64,000 bases of DNA from Cellvibrionaceae bacterium (GTDB taxonomy: Bacteria > Pseudomonadota > Gammaproteobacteria > Pseudomonadales > Cellvibrionaceae), in the NCBI GenBank assembly GCA_021151615.1, contig JAGKXA010000002.1, forward strand, positions 4,920-68,919. Reading direction: 5' to 3'. The position numbers were made by a program, and so were the translations under genes. Shown one piece after another: positions 60,931 to 64,000 of the stretch. Positions within the stretch are counted from its first letter, which is position 1. The number at the start of each line of letters is the position of its first letter. The notes under the pieces are model-generated. The model saw nothing but the letters and a program-made list of their open reading frames with translations, ran no database searches and was not told the origin of the DNA.

Positions 60931-62157
60931 ATGAACCCGTTACCAGTGACACTCTTATCCGGCTTTCTCGGCGCCGGCAAAACTACCTTGCTCAATCACT
61001 TGCTGAATAATCGCGCCGGCCTGCGTGTGGCGGTGATTGTGAATGACATGAGCGAGGTGAATATCGATGCGGCGCTGGTGAACAACCAGGTCGAGCTGCG
61101 GCGCGCCGAAGAAAAACTGGTGGAGCTGAGCAATGGCTGTATCTGCTGCACCCTGCGCGAAGACCTGCTGGTAGAGGTGCGCCGTTTGGCGCAAGAGGAG
61201 CGCTTTGATTATCTGGTGATTGAGTCGAGCGGTATTTCCGAACCGCTGCCAGTGGCAGAAACCTTTACCTTTGCTGATGAGCATGGTCAGAGTCTGTCAC
61301 AAATCGCGCGCCTGGATACGCTGGTGACCCTGGTTGACGGTGTGAATTTTCTGGAGGACTACTACGCCGCCGAATCGCTGCAGCAAATTGGCGCAAGCCT
61401 GGGTGAAGACGATGAGCGTTATCTGGCGGAATTGTTGATCGAGCAAATTGAATTTTGCGATCTGTTGTTAATTAGCAAAACCGATTTAATCAGCGCGGAA
61501 AAATTACAGGAGCTGACGCGTGTATTGCAGTGCTTGAATCCTGCTGCAGAAATTATTCCCATCAGTCATGGCCAGGTGCCGCTGGAAAAAATCCTCAACA
61601 CCCACAAATTCAGTTTTGAAAAAGCACAGCAAGCAGCAGGTTGGTTAAAGGAATTGCGCGGTGAGCATCAACCGGAAACGCTGGAATACGGAATAGAACA
61701 TTTTATTTATCGCGCGCGCCGGCCATTTCATCCGCAAAAAATTTACGATTTTTTTAACGCGAGTGTGGCGCAGGCGACCGCGGAAAATTCGTTAGCGAAA
61801 CAAAGCCGTTTACTGCGTTCCAAAGGATTTTTTTGGCTGGCCTCGCGCCCGCAGGTCGCCGGTTTTTGGCAACAGGCGGGCGGCGTTGCGCAGCATGGTG
61901 CAGCGGGCCTATTTTGGAGTGGAATTCCCGCCGATGAATGGCCAGAAGATGCGGAGCAGCGCGCAGAAATTTTAAAAAATTGGCAAGAGCCTTTTGGTGA
62001 TAGGCGCCAGGAATTGGTATTTATTGGTCAGCATTTGGATCAGAAGTCTATGCGTGAAGCATTGGATAGCTGCCTGCTGAGCGATGCGGAATTTGCGCGC
62101 GGTGAGCAGTATTGGCTGCGCTTGCCTGATCCTTTTTCCGCGTGGATGGAAGAGTAA
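60931..62157 (+). CDS. COG0523 zinc metallochaperone GTPase (ZigA-like)
   Basis: GFLGAGKTT, GCICC, ESSG, LRSKGFFWLA, GDRRQELVFIG; Zur box upstream. Confidence 0.93.
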   Translation: MNPLPVTLLSGFLGAGKTTLLNHLLNNRAGLRVAVIVNDMSEVNIDAALVNNQVELRRAEEKLVELSNGCICCTLREDLLVEVRRLAQEERFDYLVIESSGISEPLPVAETFTFADEHGQSLSQIARLDTLVTLVDGVNFLEDYYAAESLQQIGASLGEDDERYLAELLIEQIEFCDLLLISKTDLISAEKLQELTRVLQCLNPAAEIIPISHGQVPLEKILNTHKFSFEKAQQAAGWLKELRGEHQPETLEYGIEHFIYRARRPFHPQKIYDFFNASVAQATAENSLAKQSRLLRSKGFFWLASRPQVAGFWQQAGGVAQHGAAGLFWSGIPADEWPEDAEQRAEILKNWQEPFGDRRQELVFIGQHLDQKSMREALDSCLLSDAEFARGEQYWLRLPDPFSAWMEE

Positions 62158-62329
62158 TCCGTTTTTTTTGTTGGGTGAAAAAATCACAAAAAGTCGCCGA
62201 ATTCATTCAGAAATCGTTCATGGCGACAGGTTCATTCTGGTGTCAACACAAAGGAAAACCTCCGCTGTGTAACAAGATGTCTAACGGCGAAATGCCTAAC
62301 TAAGAATGACTAGCCACGAGGAATGCATC

Positions 62330-62612
62330 ATGAAAAAGTTAATCAGTGTAAGCAGTTTGATGTTGAGTGTTTTGTTCTCTGCCAATGTGTTGGCCGCAGC
62401 GTTTGGCAACCGGTAAACGTATGCACAAGCCAATGACGCTGACTAAACGTCTGGATAAAAGCTCGCCGCAATTATTTAGCCTGGTGGTGGTGGATTCTGG
62501 TTCCAGCGTAAGTATTCAACCCCAGGCTAGCGTGAGCGATGTGGCAGCGCCAGTGTCGAGTGCAGTGTCCGGTGGCAAGGTGAATGTGCAGGATATCAGC
62601 ATCACTCGCTAA
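62330..62612 (+). pseudogene. Frameshifted small secreted protein with Hcp-like motifs
   Basis: GAGGA RBS + MKKLISVSSLMLSVLFSANVLA signal peptide, stopping at 62416; the +1 frame continues LATGKRMHKPMTLTKRLDKSSPQLF...GGKVNVQDISITR. Confidence 0.65.
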
Positions 62613-62678
62613 TACCGGGTTTGGCTGGTGCAAATGGCTGTGTAGAATGCTGGCCTTCTGCGTAACAAGGCCAGCCTT

Positions 62679-63758
62679 ATGAGTGACCCGATTATTCCTG
62701 CCAGCTCCAGCACCGCGCCCGGCAACTCTGCCGGGCGTTCGTTAATTCCCACCAATATCATCACCGGTTTTTTGGGCGTGGGCAAAACCACTGCCGTCCG
62801 CCATCTGTTATCGATTAAACCTGCGGACGAAGTCTGGTCAGTACTGGTGAATGAGTTTGGCGAAATCGGTATAGATGGCGCTCTGCTAAAAGACGTGAAT
62901 GCCCATGTGCGCGAAGTGCCCGGTGGATGCATTTGCTGCGTTGCCGGGCTGCCGATGAAAATGGCCTTGAATATGCTCATCGCCAAAACCAAACCGGATC
63001 GCATTTTGATTGAACCAACTGGCCTCGGTCACCCGGAAGAAATTATTAATACGCTCACTGGCGAGTATTACGACAGCGTGCTGGATTTGCGCGCAACAAT
63101 TACGCTGGTGGATGCACGTAAACTCAGCGATGAGCGCTACCTCAGCAATGCCAACTTCAATGATCAAATTGCGGTAGCCGATGTGCTGGTGGCCAATAAA
63201 ATTGATCTGGCGTCGGCTGATGATCATGTCAAATTTGAGGCGTTGGTCGATCAATTTCAACCTGCTAAAGCAGCGGCGTTTGCGGTGAGTCAGGGGCAGT
63301 TGCAACTGGAATGGCTGGATTATCCGCGCGCGGCTCATCAGCTCACTCATCCGCACCATCACGCTGCGCAATTTCAAGCGGCGCGCAATAACCCTTTGAG
63401 CCCGCAGCGCGAGTTATACAACGCAGCGATCAGCTTGCCGGAAGGGCAGGAATTTTTGCGCCGCGAAAATGCGGGCCAGGGTTTTTATTCCTGTGGCTGG
63501 ATGTTCCAGCCGCAGATTCGTTTTGACTTCAATCAAGTGTTTGGCTGGTTGAGTGGCTTGTCACTGGTGCGCGCCAAGGCAGTGCTCAATACTGACCAGG
63601 GCCTGTTTATGTTTAACGCTGAGCAGGGCGTATTAAGTGTTAACCAGTTGCCGCAGGAGATTGAACTGGATCTGGCCGATAGCCGTATTGAATTGATTGA
63701 TGATCAACCGATTGATGGCGACAGCTACGAATCGGTGCTGCTTGGTTGTCGGGTTTGA
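62679..63758 (+). CDS. Second COG0523/CobW-family GTPase
   Basis: GFLGVGKTT, NEFGEIGID, GGCICC, EPTG, NKID, short His patch. Confidence 0.93.
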   Translation: MSDPIIPASSSTAPGNSAGRSLIPTNIITGFLGVGKTTAVRHLLSIKPADEVWSVLVNEFGEIGIDGALLKDVNAHVREVPGGCICCVAGLPMKMALNMLIAKTKPDRILIEPTGLGHPEEIINTLTGEYYDSVLDLRATITLVDARKLSDERYLSNANFNDQIAVADVLVANKIDLASADDHVKFEALVDQFQPAKAAAFAVSQGQLQLEWLDYPRAAHQLTHPHHHAAQFQAARNNPLSPQRELYNAAISLPEGQEFLRRENAGQGFYSCGWMFQPQIRFDFNQVFGWLSGLSLVRAKAVLNTDQGLFMFNAEQGVLSVNQLPQEIELDLADSRIELIDDQPIDGDSYESVLLGCRV

Positions 63759-63947
63759 CGGTGGGTTTGGTTGTCCAGGTTGAAAAAGCAATCAACAAAA
63801 TTTGCACAATGCGGGTGCAACTGCAGTGGAAAAGCGCCAGTCTGATACAGGAAATCTCACCAACTTAACGGTATTGGTCTAAGGTTAAAGGTAGAGTTCG
63901 CACCGGAAAACTCACTACAACAAATACCTTTTCAGGGGTCAAATAAT

Positions 63948-64000
63948 ATGATGTTACTCCTTTCTCTACTGGCGATTTGGGCCCTGGTGGCTGTGCTGGT
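63948..64000 (+). CDS. Start of a hydrophobic membrane/secreted protein (truncated by the window edge)
   Basis: AGGGG upstream; MMLLLSLLAIWALVAVL... Confidence 0.45.
   Translation, partial: MMLLLSLLAIWALVAVL

Noticed and set aside
62173..62188. CRP-like GGTGA...TCACA
   Set aside because: The spacer is 5 nt rather than 6
62367..62612. A type VI secretion locus
   Set aside because: Only short Hcp-like fragments; no tss, vgrG or PAAR genes in the window

Overview
Chromosomal backbone of a polysaccharide-degrading gammaproteobacterium, most likely Cellvibrio or a relative (inferred from Pseudomonas-like core synteny plus CBM6 modules, poly-Ser linkers, a PEP-CTERM protein, a GH9 and sugar-type TonB receptors). 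Core genes: 5' part of a long-form algC-like gene, coaBC, radC, rpmB-rpmG, mutM, coaD, rsmD, ftsY-ftsE-ftsX-rpoH, trmB, an OmpA/OprF-family gene, oxyR-recG, znuA/zur-znuC-znuB, polA, engB, cytochrome c4, dsbA and a diguanylate cyclase. Accessory content worth attention: (1) two tandem candidate sRNAs between polA and engB, each behind a sigmaE-type promoter; the first is complementary across the start codon of the ompA-family gene in this window; (2) an MshEN c-di-GMP-receptor domain fused ahead of a signal-like peptide and tandem CBM6 modules; (3) a GH9 / TonB receptor / four flavin-halogenase-like genes / TonB receptor locus with two distinct pairs of LacI-type operators; (4) a cupredoxin / EAL phosphodiesterase / DUF3034 / lipoprotein-globin operon; (5) a convergent, pho-boxed PhoX and PlcP-like pair; (6) a frameshifted gene with a signal peptide and two Hcp-like motifs. 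I saw no rRNA, tRNA, CRISPR array, transposase or prophage gene. All calls come from reading the sequence; no searches or folding programs were run.
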